A DNA stretch of 63,944 nucleotides, counting the filler, from Octopus bimaculoides (lineage: Eukaryota): the NCBI RefSeq assembly GCF_001194135.2. It is 6 parts of 6 records of this genome, joined end to end, with 100 filler letters (N's around TTAATTAATTAA, not from the genome) between each part and the next. Parts side by side here need not be neighbours in the genome. Positions count along the whole stretch, not along the records: positions 1 to 5,240 come from NC_068985.1; positions 5,341 to 32,797 come from NC_069004.1; 4 more parts are not named here. One strand, written 5' to 3'. A program made the position numbers and the translations under genes. Numbering within the stretch: position 1 is the first letter of the stretch; every line of letters begins with the position of its first letter. Below are positions 1-11,532 of this stretch, piece by piece. A model generated the notes under the pieces. That model had not been told where the DNA came from and did not search any database. It saw only the letters and a program-made list of their open reading frames with translations.

Positions 1-232
1 GGCACATAAAAGACACCATTTCGAGCGTGGCCGTTTTCGTGCGGGTGACACGTAAAAGCACCCACTACACTCTCTGAGTGGTTGGCGTTAGGAAGGGCAT
101 CCAGCTGTAGAAACTCTGCCAAATCAGACTGGAGCCTGGTGTTGCCATCCGGTTTCACCAGTCCTCAGTCAAATCGTCCAACCCATGCTAGCATGGAAAG
201 CGGACGTTAAACGATGATGATGATGATGATGA
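1..232 (+). mobile_element. RTE-clade LINE 3' UTR copy ending in a (GAT)n tail
   Basis: Contains GGTTGGCGTTAGGAAGGGCATCCAGCTGTAGAAAC...CATGCTAGCATGGAAAGCGGACGTTAAACGATGATG. The same sequence is attached to an RTE-type ORF C-terminus at 52824-53100. Confidence 0.85.
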
Positions 233-922
233 TTAATAAATAAATTTTACAAATTTTATTTGTAGTAAATGTTTTCAATTCTTTTTTTTCAACAGTAACC
301 TGTCTCTATTATTAACCATTTATTACAAAACTAAAATACTTTTTTCACTAGTAATGTCTAGGAGGCTATAGAAAAATGAAAGATTCCAAAAGGAGCCATA
401 AGCCCCCAAAAAAGGGAGGGAACCAGTAATATAGGACATCAGCCAACAGCATCCATGCACAGGGACTGAACTCCTATGTGGTTAAAAAGTGAACTTCTTA
501 ACCACATAGCCATGTCTACACCTATTTTAAAATATTTTTATAACCATTTAGCTTCTATTCTCCAGCTACCAGGTTACTATTTCCTTTTTCCATGCTAATA
601 TAGGTAAGATGTTATGATTGTTTTTTTAATAAATATTTCCATATTGTCAAAACATGACTTCACCGTAAAGATCAATTAGATCTTACTATGAACTACAACA
701 GACCATATTGATAATATTAATAATATTAAATTAGATCTCAAAGATAGATATTGATTCCAAAATTTCTCAATTTCATTTCCCACCTGAAGGTATTTCAAGT
801 GCTTCTAAGAACAAGAGAATCAGATTTTATTCGCACATGCCTGAAAAGTATAGGTCATCTACTCCCTAAATTATAACAAACTACATCCCACACAAGATGA
901 ATTACTAAATGAGATCACTTAC

Positions 923-1045
923 TTTAACTTCCATACTGTATTTTTGTAGACAAATATTATTAAGTTTCAGAGAATCTTCCAGTTCCAGTATGTAACTTTC
1001 AAGCTTGCTTTTCTTTTGTCGATAATTAGCAGTTTCTTCAGTTAC
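923..1045 (-). CDS. SMC4: SMC4 internal exon (coiled coil after the hinge)
   Basis: Boundaries ttttcag|GTA and AAA|gtaagt; 123 nt, phase 0-0. Encodes VTEETANYRQKKSKLESYILELEDSLKLNNICLQKYSMEVK, in phase with the exon at 3535-3644. Assigned by position and coiled-coil character rather than by a motif. Confidence 0.7.
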
Positions 1046-1750
1046 CTGAAAACATTTCCAAAATGACATAAGAAATTAAAACAAAAGTTGTATTTGATGA
1101 AGCATTACTGGCAACTAGAGAATAAACATATCAGTGCTAATCTAACAATGCAGAACACAGAAATGTTAGTTTGTTGAATTTTAAAAACTGTTTTACATCC
1201 ATTTACTTGTAATCATCATCATCATCAAACATCTGTGTTCCATGCAGTCAAAAGTTGGACAGTTTGACAGGATGTGACAAACCACAGCAGGACTGCACCG
1301 AGCTCAAATGTCAGCTTTGGTATGGTTCCATGTTTGGATGCCCTTCCTAACACCAGCCACTGTAGAGTGTGTACCTGGTTCTTTTTTCATGATACTAGCA
1401 CTAGTGAGGCCACCAAGAAACTTGCAAGACAAGAAAAGAAAAAGGCACCTCAGCTGATTAGGACTGTATTTGAGAGAAGGGGAGGTGGCTTTATGCCAGG
1501 CTAAACTATGAAAGAGGGAGAAGCATAGGAGTCTTGCTATAGAAGAAATACGTGGCTACCCCACACTATATATAAGGGTTGGTGAAAATAGCTGGAAAGA
1601 AAATAAAGATGGTGGTGACATGGTAGCCAGAACACACTCGCAAATTATGAGAGAGTAAAAGAGAGATACAAACACTGGATCAGGGGGGGGGGGATAATCT
1701 TAGAAAAGTGTGTGCAAGGAGATAGGTGTGGGGATAGGGGTGAATGTAGT

Positions 1751-2168
1751 CATCATCATCATCGTTTAACGTCCGTTTTCCATGCTAGCATGGGTTGGAC
1801 GATTTGACTGAGGACTGTTGAAACCGGATGGCAACACCAGGCTCCAGTCTGATTTGGCAGAGTTTCTACAGCTGGATGCCCTTCCTAACGCCAACCACTC
1901 AGAGTGTAGTGGGTGCTTTTACGTGTCACCCGCACGAAAACGGCCACGCTCGAAATGGTGTCTTTTATGTGCCACCCGCACAAGCCAGTCCAGGGGCACT
2001 GGCAACGATCTCGCTCGAAAATCCTACAGGAGCCAGTCAGGCGGTACTGGCAACGGCCACGCTCAAAATGGTGCATCTCATGTGCCACCCGCACAAGAAC
2101 CAGTCCAGGGGCACTGGCAACGATCTTACTTGGCTTGCCGGGTCTTCTCACGCACAGCACATTTCCAA
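1751..2168 (-). mobile_element. RTE-clade LINE 3' end with internally repeated 3' UTR
   Basis: Near-identical reverse complement of 1-232, plus the repeated CCAGTCCAGGGGCACTGGCAACGATCT unit and the last ORF codons. Confidence 0.85.
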
Positions 2169-2451
2169 GAAAAAGAGTGGGAGTGTAGTTGATGGTAAAT
2201 ATCCGTAGAGAGAGGGGAAAATGAGACAGAAGTGACTCAGGAAGGAGGATGTGACAAGTGACAGCACAGGAAAGGAGGAGTGCAGCAGTATTAAACCTGT
2301 AGGTAGATCAGACTGCAGAGAAGTAATGTTCAGGGTGTCCAGAGTGGGAGGGGGAAGATGTGCAGTAACAGAGAGGACGGTCAGAGGTAAATAAGGATGG
2401 TTATAATGAGTAGGGAATGAAGGTAGGGACCTCACTTTTATTGTGATGGAT

Positions 2452-3230
2452 GAGTCTTCTCAAGCGCAGCTAATAGCTAATCATCTTAGTCTTTTGTCCT
2501 CTACTCCATGAGGTTCAATATCTTCTGATCTGCCTTTACTATTTTGTCCCATGTCTTCTTGGAACCCCCCCCCCTTCTACAAGTTCCATCTACTTAAAGT
2601 AATTAGCACTTTTTTTTATACAGCTGTCCTCATTCATGCACATCACATAACCACACCATCAGTCTTCTCTATTGCATGCTACATTTGATTCCTGTTACAC
2701 CTAATTTTTATCTCAATGTTTGCGCTTTGTCATGCAAGCACACTGACATTGCGCATCCAGGGGAGTATACTAGCTTCATCCTTTTCATGTCCTCTGAATT
2801 CAGGGCCTATATCTCACTATCATGTAGCATTACTGTACATACACAAGCATCATTCAATCTATCTTTCAGTCTGAGAGAAGGATATTTTGTTGCCAGCAGG
2901 GGCAATAGCTCTCTGAACTTTCTCATCCTATTCTTATTCTAACTGCTACACTTTTAGAGTATCCTCTCCCACTGCTATTTAGGTCACCTAAGTGACAGAA
3001 ACTATTTACTACCTCCTGAGCATTCAAAAAAATCTATTTCCCATGTGTCCTTTGTATTTATTGCTTCTGCACATCTACACACAAAGACTACTTTCTCTAT
3101 TAGCCTTTGTGATTCCATTGTACCTTGTGTGTTCTACAGCCTGCACCAAGCACATCATATGGAATTCCTAGCTAAATCTTTCCTACATATCAAGCAGGGT
3201 CATTTACCTGATGGGAATAGAGGCTTGTGT
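2452..3230 (-). mobile_element. Decayed RTE LINE, RT C-terminal region
   Basis: Broken frames read VAVRIRIG.EKFRELLPLLATK..SLRLKDRL.DACV..ML.DSE and VDGTCRRGG.KKTW, typical of the RTE ORF C-terminus. Many stops. Confidence 0.7.
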
Positions 3231-3534
3231 TTTCCTGCTCACTGGAACTTTTATACTTTAACTCATAAGAAATTTACATATTGTAGCAGAACTTTTTATT
3301 CACAATTGAATACTTTACTTTTTACTCTGGAGTGCCTACTATTTCTGAGATAAATACTTAAGTTTCATTAAGTTTCTATGCTGCAGAGAGAAAATTTTTG
3401 CAGACCAATCCATTCCACTATTAGTTTGCTTGGAGTGTTTTTCTTTTTTTTTTTTCTTTTAAATAATTATTTTCAAAAATACTAAAACAAATTCCATGTT
3501 TATTTTTACTGCTTTTAACCAAATGAATATTTAC

Positions 3535-3644
3535 CTTTAGTAAAGCTTTTTCTGCTTTCTCTAATTCCTTAGGGTCGATTTCTTCAATAACAGAAGATCC
3601 CATCCGACCTTTTAAAACAGTGTTGCCTCCACCACTTATGGTAC
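3535..3644 (-). CDS. SMC4: SMC4 internal exon (end of hinge)
   Basis: Boundaries atttcag|GT and AAG|gtaaat; 110 nt, phase 1-0. Encodes (G)TISGGGNTVLKGRMGSSVIEEIDPKELEKAEKALLK, matching the SMC4 GTMxGGG..V.KGRMGSS motif. Confidence 0.93.
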
Positions 3645-4525
3645 CTGAAATCATAAATACAATTTATAACCATATTGTAATGTGACAAAAAAATGAGCTT
3701 ATGATCAAAGCTAAATTTGAACATTGCAAAATGATGAAAGATTCCAGAAGGCCAAGTTCAAGTCAAATCATTATGCCTCAATAACCCAAAGGTATACAGA
3801 ATATTCAGTTTATACAAATAAAAGGCACCATTGAAAAAGAGCCAGTGTTATATTAGAAACTGGATATGATTAAAGTTGTTCATGAAGTTTCCAGAAATAA
3901 ATTTTATCCTTTAAAGATGAGATCCAATAATAAACTGAATGAAAAATTTTCAGAAGACTCCAGTCAATACCAGTTTCATGAACAGCAAGAAAATTTTAAA
4001 AAGAAAAATGAATTTTTGCAATCTAATTCTAAAACAAAACTTTTTAAAAAAACTTTCCATTTCAAGTACAGAAGTTTACATAAAAAAAAGTTGATGCAAA
4101 GGAAAAATAAGTTTTCACACAAGAGGGAAAACCATGCAGAAAATTAAAAAAGAAAAAAAAAAGATAAGAAACATTAAATCAAGGAAGAACAGAGAGAAAT
4201 AAAAGGTAAAAGAAAGGAGTAGTGATTGAGTGAGTAGTGATTGAGTGAGTAGTTTAGTGAGAAAAAAATGTAGGCAATTTTTGTAAAACTATGTGAACAA
4301 AACAATAGTAAATATTTTTATGCACGATATGGTCTAGATTACATCAGATTTAAAAAAGCAAAAACTAATGCTTCATTCTGGCTTAATCTAGATAAAAGGT
4401 TAACTTCACTGTGAGCAACAGAAATGGGACAATTATTTGTGACTGGTTCTGTTGCAGTGGATGAAAAATACAAAAAATGATTTAACTTAATTATATCCAG
4501 AGATATTTTAGTTTCACATACTGAC

Positions 4526-4710
4526 CTGATATATCAATAAGTGCTCCTTGTAAAGTAACAACTTTGTAGCGAGTTTTGCCATAGGCAATGCGGGTAGCCT
4601 GGTCAAGATCCTTTGCAACAAGTGTATCACGTAGGGCAAAGTAAAATGCTGGTGCAATAGTAGAATCTTTTATTTTGACAAGATCAAAAAGACGAGGAAC
4701 AGATTCAGGT
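4526..4710 (-). CDS. SMC4: SMC4 internal exon (hinge domain)
   Basis: Boundaries ttcaccttcag|A and G|gtcagt; 185 nt, phase 2-1. Encodes PESVPRLFDLVKIKDSTIAPAFYFALRDTLVAKDLDQATRIAYGKTRYKVVTLQGALIDIS, matching the SMC4 hinge signature PRLFDLV...AFYFALRDTLVA..LDQATR.AY...VVTL.G. Confidence 0.95.
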
Positions 4711-4849
4711 CTGAAGGTGAAATGAAGAAATTTTACAATAGTATGGAAATCCATATTCTACAGATATAACAAAATTAGCACAATTTGTGTGACCATTTCC
4801 AGAAATTACAAATAATTTATCAGTTCATAAACAATGTAGATTTTATATT

Positions 4850-5240
4850 CAGGCTTGGAAGGACTGGAAGAACGGTGGTAGCAGGGAATTGTACCAATGT
4901 GCCAGAAGGGACGCTAGGCGACAGGTTTATTTAGCCAGAGGGGAAGCAGATAAGAAAAGATTTGCCAATGTTCTGCGCATTGAGGACCAAAGACTCGAGG
5001 TATTTCGTGTTGCAAGACAGTGTAGGAGAGAGAATAGTGATGTCGTAGGAGAGAAATGTGTTCGCATGGATGATGGTACGCTTGCACTAAATGAGGATGC
5101 AAAGAAAGAGGTCTGGAGATGCCACTACGATAGATTGCTTAATAAAGAGAATGAATGGGAGGAAGAGAGCCTGCCGTATGTCAACCCAATAGAGGGACCA
5201 GCTATCCGAGTTGATAGTACCAGGGTAGATAAAGCAATTA
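4850..5240 (+). mobile_element. RTE LINE ORF fragment running into a gap
   Basis: Reads RENSDVVGEKCVRMDDGTLALNEDAKKEVWRCHYDRLLNKENEWE. A paralogous fragment lies at 13290-13740. Confidence 0.8.
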
Positions 5241-5340
5241 NNNNNNNNNNNNNNNNNNNNNNNNNNNNNNNNNNNNNNNNNNNNTTAATTAATTAANNNN
5301 NNNNNNNNNNNNNNNNNNNNNNNNNNNNNNNNNNNNNNNN
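5241..5340. other. Scaffold join marker (N44-TTAATTAATTAA-N44), true gap size unknown
   Basis: An identical 100-nt construct with six-frame stops recurs, with its core at 5285-5296, 32842-32853, 46926-46937, 54541-54552 and 62222-62233. Assembly artefact. Confidence 0.9.
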
Positions 5341-5360
5341 TATATGTATATGTATATATA

Positions 5361-5396
<36 letters not shown>

Positions 5397-5449
5397 AAGA
5401 GAGATAGAGAGAGAAAGAGAGCTATAGAGATTTATTCACACGGATGGAT

Positions 5450-5750
5450 ATCATCACCATCGTTTAACGTCCGCTTTCCATGCTAGCATGGGTTGGACTA
5501 TTTGACTGAGGACTGACGAACCAGATGGCTGCACCATGTTCGAATCTGATCTGGCAAAGTTTCTACAGCTGGATACCCTTCCTAATGCCAACCACTCCGA
5601 GAGTGTAGTGGGTGCTTTTACGTGCCACCAGCATGAGGGCCAGTCAGGTAGTATTGGCAATGGCCACGCTCAAATGGTGTTTTTTATGTGCCACCTCCAC
5701 AGGAGCCAAGTCCAGCGCCATTGGTAATGACCTCGCTCGAATGTTTTTTC
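5450..5750 (-). mobile_element. RTE LINE 3' UTR copy
   Basis: Contains CATCGTTTAACGTCCGCTTTCCATGCTAGCATGGGTTGGAC...CCCTTCCTAATGCCAACCACT. Confidence 0.8.
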
Positions 5751-6714
5751 ACATGCCTATATATATNNNNNNNNNNGGTTCTGGGTTCAGTCCCACTGCA
5801 TGACACCTTAGGCAAGTGTCTTCTACAAGTCTCAAGTCAACCAAAGCCTTGAGTGAATTTGGTAAACAGAAACTGAAAGAAGCCCATATATGTATAAGGT
5901 TTGCGGTAAATTCCCTCAGGTAAATTCCACCATGGTAAGTTCCACCCATGGACAGACTTGCAATATAAGCTATTCCTGCTAATAATCACTGTGGTCAGTT
6001 TCTCTAGACTGGGTCAATACTTATGTTATTTAATCTGTCTGTCTCTCAAGTCTTAAGAAGAGAGAGAGAGTCTGAAGGTGAGATAGAAAATAATCTTTAT
6101 AATCTACTTGAATTGAGATGGGATTACTTTAATGTACTTCCACTGAGCAAGAATCTATGAAAAAGACTCATCACAAAATCTCAAAAATAATATAATTTGG
6201 GATAAAGAAAGAAAAGATTAAATTTTAGCAGACATTTTATTATAACAATAGGATAAAAAATAAGAGTGAGTACGTTGTGAAGCAGAGTTAGGATAAGAAA
6301 GTTAAATTTATTTTTAAAAAAATTTCTTACGGCAAATTGTGTGCAATACTCCTTAAAAATTGTAGAGGGTTTTCATTTAGATATTCCTGAACTAGCGTCT
6401 TCAATCATGCATCAATAATTTTATAGGGACAGTGCTCAGGGAAGAAGGATTGGCCATAGTGGTTACATTGTGTGTGAGTAGTTGATAAAATAAATGATGA
6501 GAAAAGGAGAGTCAAGTGGAGGTAGCTTATGACCAACCAGCTCCAAAAGAACAGAGGCCAATGGATTAATGAACAGTAGGAAAAAACAGAGTAAAGAGAC
6601 AGTGTCAGAACTGGAGTGTTAACACACCCCACTGCCGACCCACAGATACACTGTCTCCTTGCTCTGTCACTGAAGACTGACCTCAGGACACTGAACCTTT
6701 CAGGTGAGATAACA

Positions 6715-6985
6715 AAAGGCAGTGATGCTTGGCACCTTGTTGCACTCAAGAAGACCCATGCTATACAGCAGAAGTGTAAGACTGGTCCCTCTGATGTAAA
6801 GCACTCATGGTGGCTTCATGTAAAAGCACCCAGCACACTCTGTGAAGTGGTTGGCGTTTGAGAAGGGCATCCAGCTGTAGAAACCATGCCAGATCAGACT
6901 GGAGTCTGGTGCAGTCGCTCAGCTTGCCAGCCCTGGTCAAACTGTCTAACCCATGCCAGCATGGACAACAGACATTAAATAATGA
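6715..6985 (+). mobile_element. RTE LINE 3' UTR copy (older subfamily)
   Basis: Contains GTGGTTGGCGTTTGAGAAGGGCATCCAGCTGTAGAAACCATGCC...CATGGACAACAGACATTAAATAATGAT. Confidence 0.75.
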
Positions 6986-7122
6986 TATTTATTTAAATAT
7001 CAGAGAAAAAAAATCAGATCTTAATTGGTATGTATAATTATATTGTTTTGAATATAGACATATGTAATAAATGCATATTATTGTAAGCTTATTTATAATA
7101 TAAACAATATGTGAGATCACTA

Positions 7123-7350
7123 TATGGATCCCTTGTATGCTAGAAATAGATGTCAAACCGTCTTATCACTAAATCTGTGTTCTCAACTTAGTAAGACGCT
7201 AGATGTTTACGAGCTAGACAAATGAAAAGAAATAAACATAGCACTTTCCATTTGTCTAGCTCCTTAGCATCTAGTGTCTTACTAAGTTGCGAACACAGAT
7301 TTAGTGGTAAGATGGTTTAGCATCTATTTTTAGCATACAAGGGATCCATA
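7123..7350. repeat. Foldback/MITE-like inverted repeat with ~105-bp arms and a short spacer
   Basis: Left arm TATGGATCCCTTGTATGCTAGAAATAGATG...GAGCTAGACAAATGAAAAG matches the reverse complement of the right arm CTTTCCATTTGTCTAGCTC...CATACAAGGGATCCATA, with scattered mismatches. Confidence 0.9.
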
Positions 7351-7654
7351 AATAGAATTCACGGTCCTTGGATGCTTCTAAGTATGCTGACCACGAGTTG
7401 AAGTTGATATTATTTAATAATAATTTCTACTCTTATTATTTATAAGATATTCGATTTTTGTGTATAGCTTAATGTTTTGTGTTTAAAACAACTCTTTTAT
7501 AATAATATAATCATTAGGAAATAGTCATTTATACATTAATTACATTGATTTGTTATGTAATTATTTCTATAATCTAGTGTGTTGCTCCACAACAAAGAGA
7601 GAGAGGCAGAGAGAGACACAGACAAAGAGTAGGGAGAGGAAAAACTTTTCTTAC

Positions 7655-7830
7655 CTGAGGCATTGTGTAACTTTGTGACGAGATTCATATCAGAGTTCTG
7701 TGCTAGACTTTGATAAGCTTCATCTTCTTCCTGGCTTATGATTCTGGGCAGTTCTACAAGAGACTCTAGGCAGGCTTGACCGATGCTACTACTGGGCACT
7801 ATGTGGAGCGGAATTTCAATACGTTCAAAT
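7655..7830 (-). CDS. BRCC3: BRCC3/BRCC36 exon (C-terminal region)
   Basis: Boundaries tttgcttcag|A and G|gtaaga; 176 nt, phase 2-1. Encodes FERIEIPLHIVPSSSIGQACLESLVELPRIISQEEDEAYQSLAQNSDMNLVTKLHNAS, matching BRCC36 YERIEIPIHIVP...CLES.VELP.I..QEE..AY...VTK.HN.S. Confidence 0.93.
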
Positions 7831-8346
7831 CTGAAGCAAAGAAGACATCATCTTACAACTCATATTTTGGTAATTCCAATAAGGTAAAATTCATAACATA
7901 TGGCTCCCAGTAATTTTCATAGCTCTGATCCTGTCCCCAACACTGTGCATCTCTGCCACACTGCCCACACTTCATGTTACCTGTGCTGCCACCTATAGCC
8001 ACCACCTCCTTTCTAAAGTGATATTTACCATTGACAATGCTACCACTCATGTTCCTCACTCACAGCATTCACCTCTACCTCTATCCAGGGACAGATTAAA
8101 ACCTAGAGGGGCCCTAAGCACTTAAAAGGTTTTGGTGCTCCCACCCCCATATATATATATANNNNNNNNNNNNNNNNNNNNNNNNNNNNNNNNNNNNNNN
8201 NNNNNNNNNNNNNNNNNNNNNNNNNNNNNNNNNNNNNNNNNNNNNNNNNNNNNNNNNNNNNNNNNNNNNNNNNNNNNNNNNNNNNNNNNNNNNNNNNNNN
8301 NNNNNNNNNNNNNNNNNNNNNNNNNNNNNNNNNNNNNNNNTATATA

Positions 8347-8495
8347 TCATCATCGTTTAACGTCCGCTTTCCATGCTAGCATGGGTTGGACGATTTGACT
8401 GAGGACTGGTGAAACCGGATGGCAACACCAGGCTCCAATCTAATTTGGCAGAGTTTCTACAGCTGGATGCCCTTCCTAACACCAACCACTCAGAG
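8347..8495 (-). mobile_element. RTE LINE 3' UTR copy (truncated)
   Basis: Same CATCATCGTTTAACGTCCGC...GGATGCCCTTCCTAAC motif. Confidence 0.8.
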
Positions 8496-8654
8496 AGTAT
8501 ATATATATATATATATACATGCATGTAAAAAAATAATATACATACATACAGGTGCAATGGGTAAATTGTTAACATTTCATAATTTTAATTTCACATGTGC
8601 ACACTGTTTTTCATTTTGTAGACTACATACTATAGTAGGGTCAGTTGGGCACTG

Positions 8655-8985
8655 TCTGTGACCTCTGCCTGTGGCACGTAAAAAGAACCTTTCGAGTATT
8701 GGGCTTCACAGAGGCAATGACAAATGGTCAAGACCTTTGGCAATATGTTGTGCGAAGGAAGATGCATCAGACCAAGTGTAATCGTAGTCGTGGAAGATTC
8801 TGGTGTCATGCAACTGGCACCTGTGTCAGTGACATGAAAAGTACCCATTACATTCTCAGAGTGATTGGCATTAGGAAGGGCATCCAGCCATAGAAACCAT
8901 GCCAAAATAAACTGGAGTCTGGTGTAGCCCTGGTCAAACCGTCCAAGCTATGCCAGCATGGACAACAGATGTTAAATGATGCTGA
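8655..8985 (+). mobile_element. RTE LINE ORF end plus 3' UTR
   Basis: Reads RVLGFTEAMTNGQDLWQYVV, followed by GGCATTAGGAAGGGCATCCAGC...GATGTTAAATGATG. Confidence 0.75.
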
Positions 8986-9093
8986 TGATATACATACACA
9001 CACACACAAAGAAGCAAACTTCTTAAAACTCCTCAGTTATGCCTGTGATTACAATATGACAAGGACATCATAAATATAGAAGCAAAGACTTAC

Positions 9094-9152
9094 TGATTCT
9101 CAGATAAACTGCTCTTTCTGGACTGAAAACAAGTTGTTTGGATTTTATTTTG
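9094..9152 (-). CDS. BRCC3: BRCC3/BRCC36 exon
   Basis: Boundaries ctatttcag|CAA and CA|gtaagt; 59 nt, phase 0-2. Encodes QNKIQTTCFQSRKSSLSEN(Q), containing the BRCC36 TCFQS motif. Phases fit both neighbouring exons. Confidence 0.9.
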
Positions 9153-10094
9153 CTGAAATAGAAGGAAAAAATAATAAAATTTCCCACTGGGTCAAATAGA
9201 AAAAAGAACCCCTACCCATCAGGTTCCCCAGGTAGCAGAGAGAAAAACAGCCTTGAGATATAGAGGTTCATGGTAAATATATTTCACTTGTACCTTGACT
9301 TCACATCTCTCTCTCCAGATGGAGGAAGCCATATATTCTTCACGCACCTGTTTCTGTCATCCCTCCATCATACTTTCATATACTTCAATATCATACCTCA
9401 CTCAGTTGAGGGGTTTTGTCTTGCACCCTCAAGACTCGGTGAGTTCACCAGTGCTGGTGCCATGAAAAAAAAGCACCCAGTACAGTCTGTGAAGTGGTTG
9501 GCATTAGGAACGGCATCCAGCTGTAGAAACCATGTCAAAGCAAACACTGGAGCTTGATACAGCCATTTGGCTCATCAGTTCATGTAGATTTATCCTACCT
9601 ATGCCAGCCTGACAAAAGGGACATTAAAGCACGTAGAAAACTCAGATATACAAAACAACTATTTTTTTCGAGGAGTGACAGGACATTCACCTCTGTTAGG
9701 AGGTGGTCACCACCTTCCTCACCTTAATTAATATACTTTCTTCCTAACTTCTGAATTCTGTGTCCTTGTCACTAATTATAAATGTTCAAGTACATTGACC
9801 CTAGATAAGGTACTTCTTTCCCCTCTCTCATTACTACAATTCTTTAACTGGTACATCTCTCTCTCTCTCTCCTTTCAATTCAAGGTATAAAATTTATCTT
9901 GTGTGTATTTTTAGAAATACAGTAGTACCTCGGTTTTTGAACAACTCTTATCACGAATATATCGTGCTTTAAATAACTATATATATATATATATATATAT
10001 ACACACAGATAATTAGCGTTGCAGCCTGGCCACAATCCAGTTAACAAAACTAGCAAAAATATAAAATAAAAATCGAAAACTTTGCAAATCTTAC

Positions 10095-10183
10095 CTTTGA
10101 GTTTTTGTCTTCATTAAAAACGGAAAAGATGAGCCCAATGAAGCCTGGTTCCATCATTTGGTACATGGCCTGAGTTTGGACGT
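10095..10183 (-). CDS. BRCC3: BRCC3/BRCC36 exon (JAMM Asp and following segment)
   Basis: Boundaries tattcccaag|AC and AAG|gtaaga; 89 nt, phase 1-0. Encodes (D)VQTQAMYQMMEPGFIGLIFSVFNEDKNSK. Confidence 0.95.
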
Positions 10184-10349
10184 CTTGGGAATAAAAGAAA
10201 ATGTAGAAGATGCAAAATACAGTTGCTGCTTCACCAATACTATTCTACAGCTCAGCTCTGCCAGTCATCTCCTACTTTCCCCCACATCTCTCTCTGTCTC
10301 CACTCAATCACTCCCACCCTCTCTTCTAAAATATGAGCAGTCATGTACG

Positions 10350-10900
10350 GTTGTGAGTTCAATTCATGGTGGTGCGTTGTGTCCTTGAGCAAGACACTTT
10401 ACTTCACATTGCTCCAATTCCGTTCAACTGGCAAAAATGAGGTGTGCCTGCATTTCAAAAGGCCACCCTTGTCACATACTGTGTCATCCTGAATCTCCCT
10501 GAGAACTACACGTTAAGCATATGCATGTCTGCGGAGTACTCAGCCACTTGCATGTTAATTTCATGAGCAGGCAGTTCCATTGATCAGATCAACTGGAACG
10601 CTTCTTGCCATGACCAATAGAATGCCAGTTTATATGTGTATATATTCCTGGTGATGTGTTGTGTCTCTTGAGCAAGACACTTTATTTCCGTTCACTCAGC
10701 TGTCAAAAATGAGTAGTACCTGTAATTCAAAGGGGCCTGCCTTGTCACATTCTGTGTCACGCTGAATCTCCCTGAGGACTACACATTAAAGGTATGCATG
10801 TCTGTCGAGTACTCGGCAACTTGCAGGTTAATCTCACGAGCAAATTGTTCCGTTGATCAGATCAATTGGAACCGTTGTTGCCATAACCGATGGAGTGCCA
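10350..10900 (+). mobile_element. Two tandem copies of a tRNA-derived SINE
   Basis: GTTGTGAGTTCAATTC...GTCCTTGAGCAAGACACTTTA...CTGAATCTCCCTGAGAACTAC...TTCCGTTGATCAGATCAACTGGAAC occurs twice here. Related copies lie at 36170 and 58795. Confidence 0.75.
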
Positions 10901-11532
10901 CTATAGTTGCACAATCAAATATGCGGTTTTCCAGGTGTTTGGAACTGAGAATGGGAGCCATCTTGAAGAAGAAACAGTTGCACTGAAGCACCAGTTGAAG
11001 CAGCCCATTGAAGAATACAACAATATGGAACAAATTAGACCCTGATATACAAAAAGATGGGATGGTCATGACTGGTATGTCTTTGGTCCTATTCATATTC
11101 AATCAGGAGTAACTCAGGACTAAACAGCAACATCAGCCAATGAGGGAGCCTCTACATAGTAAATTTGCCACAAAACAACAACCAAGTCTTCCTCAAATCA
11201 TGCCCTACCGTCATCATTTTAACATTGACTTCTCCATGTTTGTAGGGGTCAAATGGAAATTGTTGTGGTGGGTTTTTTTTACAGCTGGATGCCCTTCCAG
11301 TCACCTAACCTTACATATTTCCAAGTAAGATAATATTTTCCTCTAACCAGATAAGTTTTCCACAGAAGACTGGAAATGAACAATCCTTGCTTGCCTGACC
11401 ATGCAATTTAAACCCTAAAACTACCCTCAAATAAATGACACAACCCCGCCATTTTAAAGTGATCTTAATTAAAACTGTCTCTCAAAATTTCCAGCACCAT
11501 CTTGACAATAATTAAGTTAATTTAATAAATTA

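Noticed and set aside
784-840. Possible next SMC4 exon (acceptor at 840, donor at 784)
   Set aside because: The phase-0 reading gives ACANKI* with two stops and no SMC4 similarity. A 21-nt sub-exon (KHLKYLQ) is too short to support. The true next exon probably lies before the window start.
5285-5296. TTAATTAATTAA palindrome recurring five times as a biological motif
   Set aside because: It is always centred in exactly 44+44 Ns and stops all six frames, which marks it as a scaffolding spacer.
4710-7655. BRCC3-SMC4 read-through fusion gene
   Set aside because: The BRCC3 donor is phase 1 and the SMC4 acceptor is phase 2, so direct splicing frameshifts. An unsized join also lies between them.
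7853-8059. Small ORF with CGQC motif
   Set aside because: It lies in a BRCC3 intron on the same strand, has no recognisable domain, and shows no supporting splice pattern.
10934-11120. Plus-strand exon-like stretch (VFGTENGSHLEEETVALKHQ...)
   Set aside because: All frames contain stops within about 40 codons and I recognise no homology. It is likely decayed repeat sequence.
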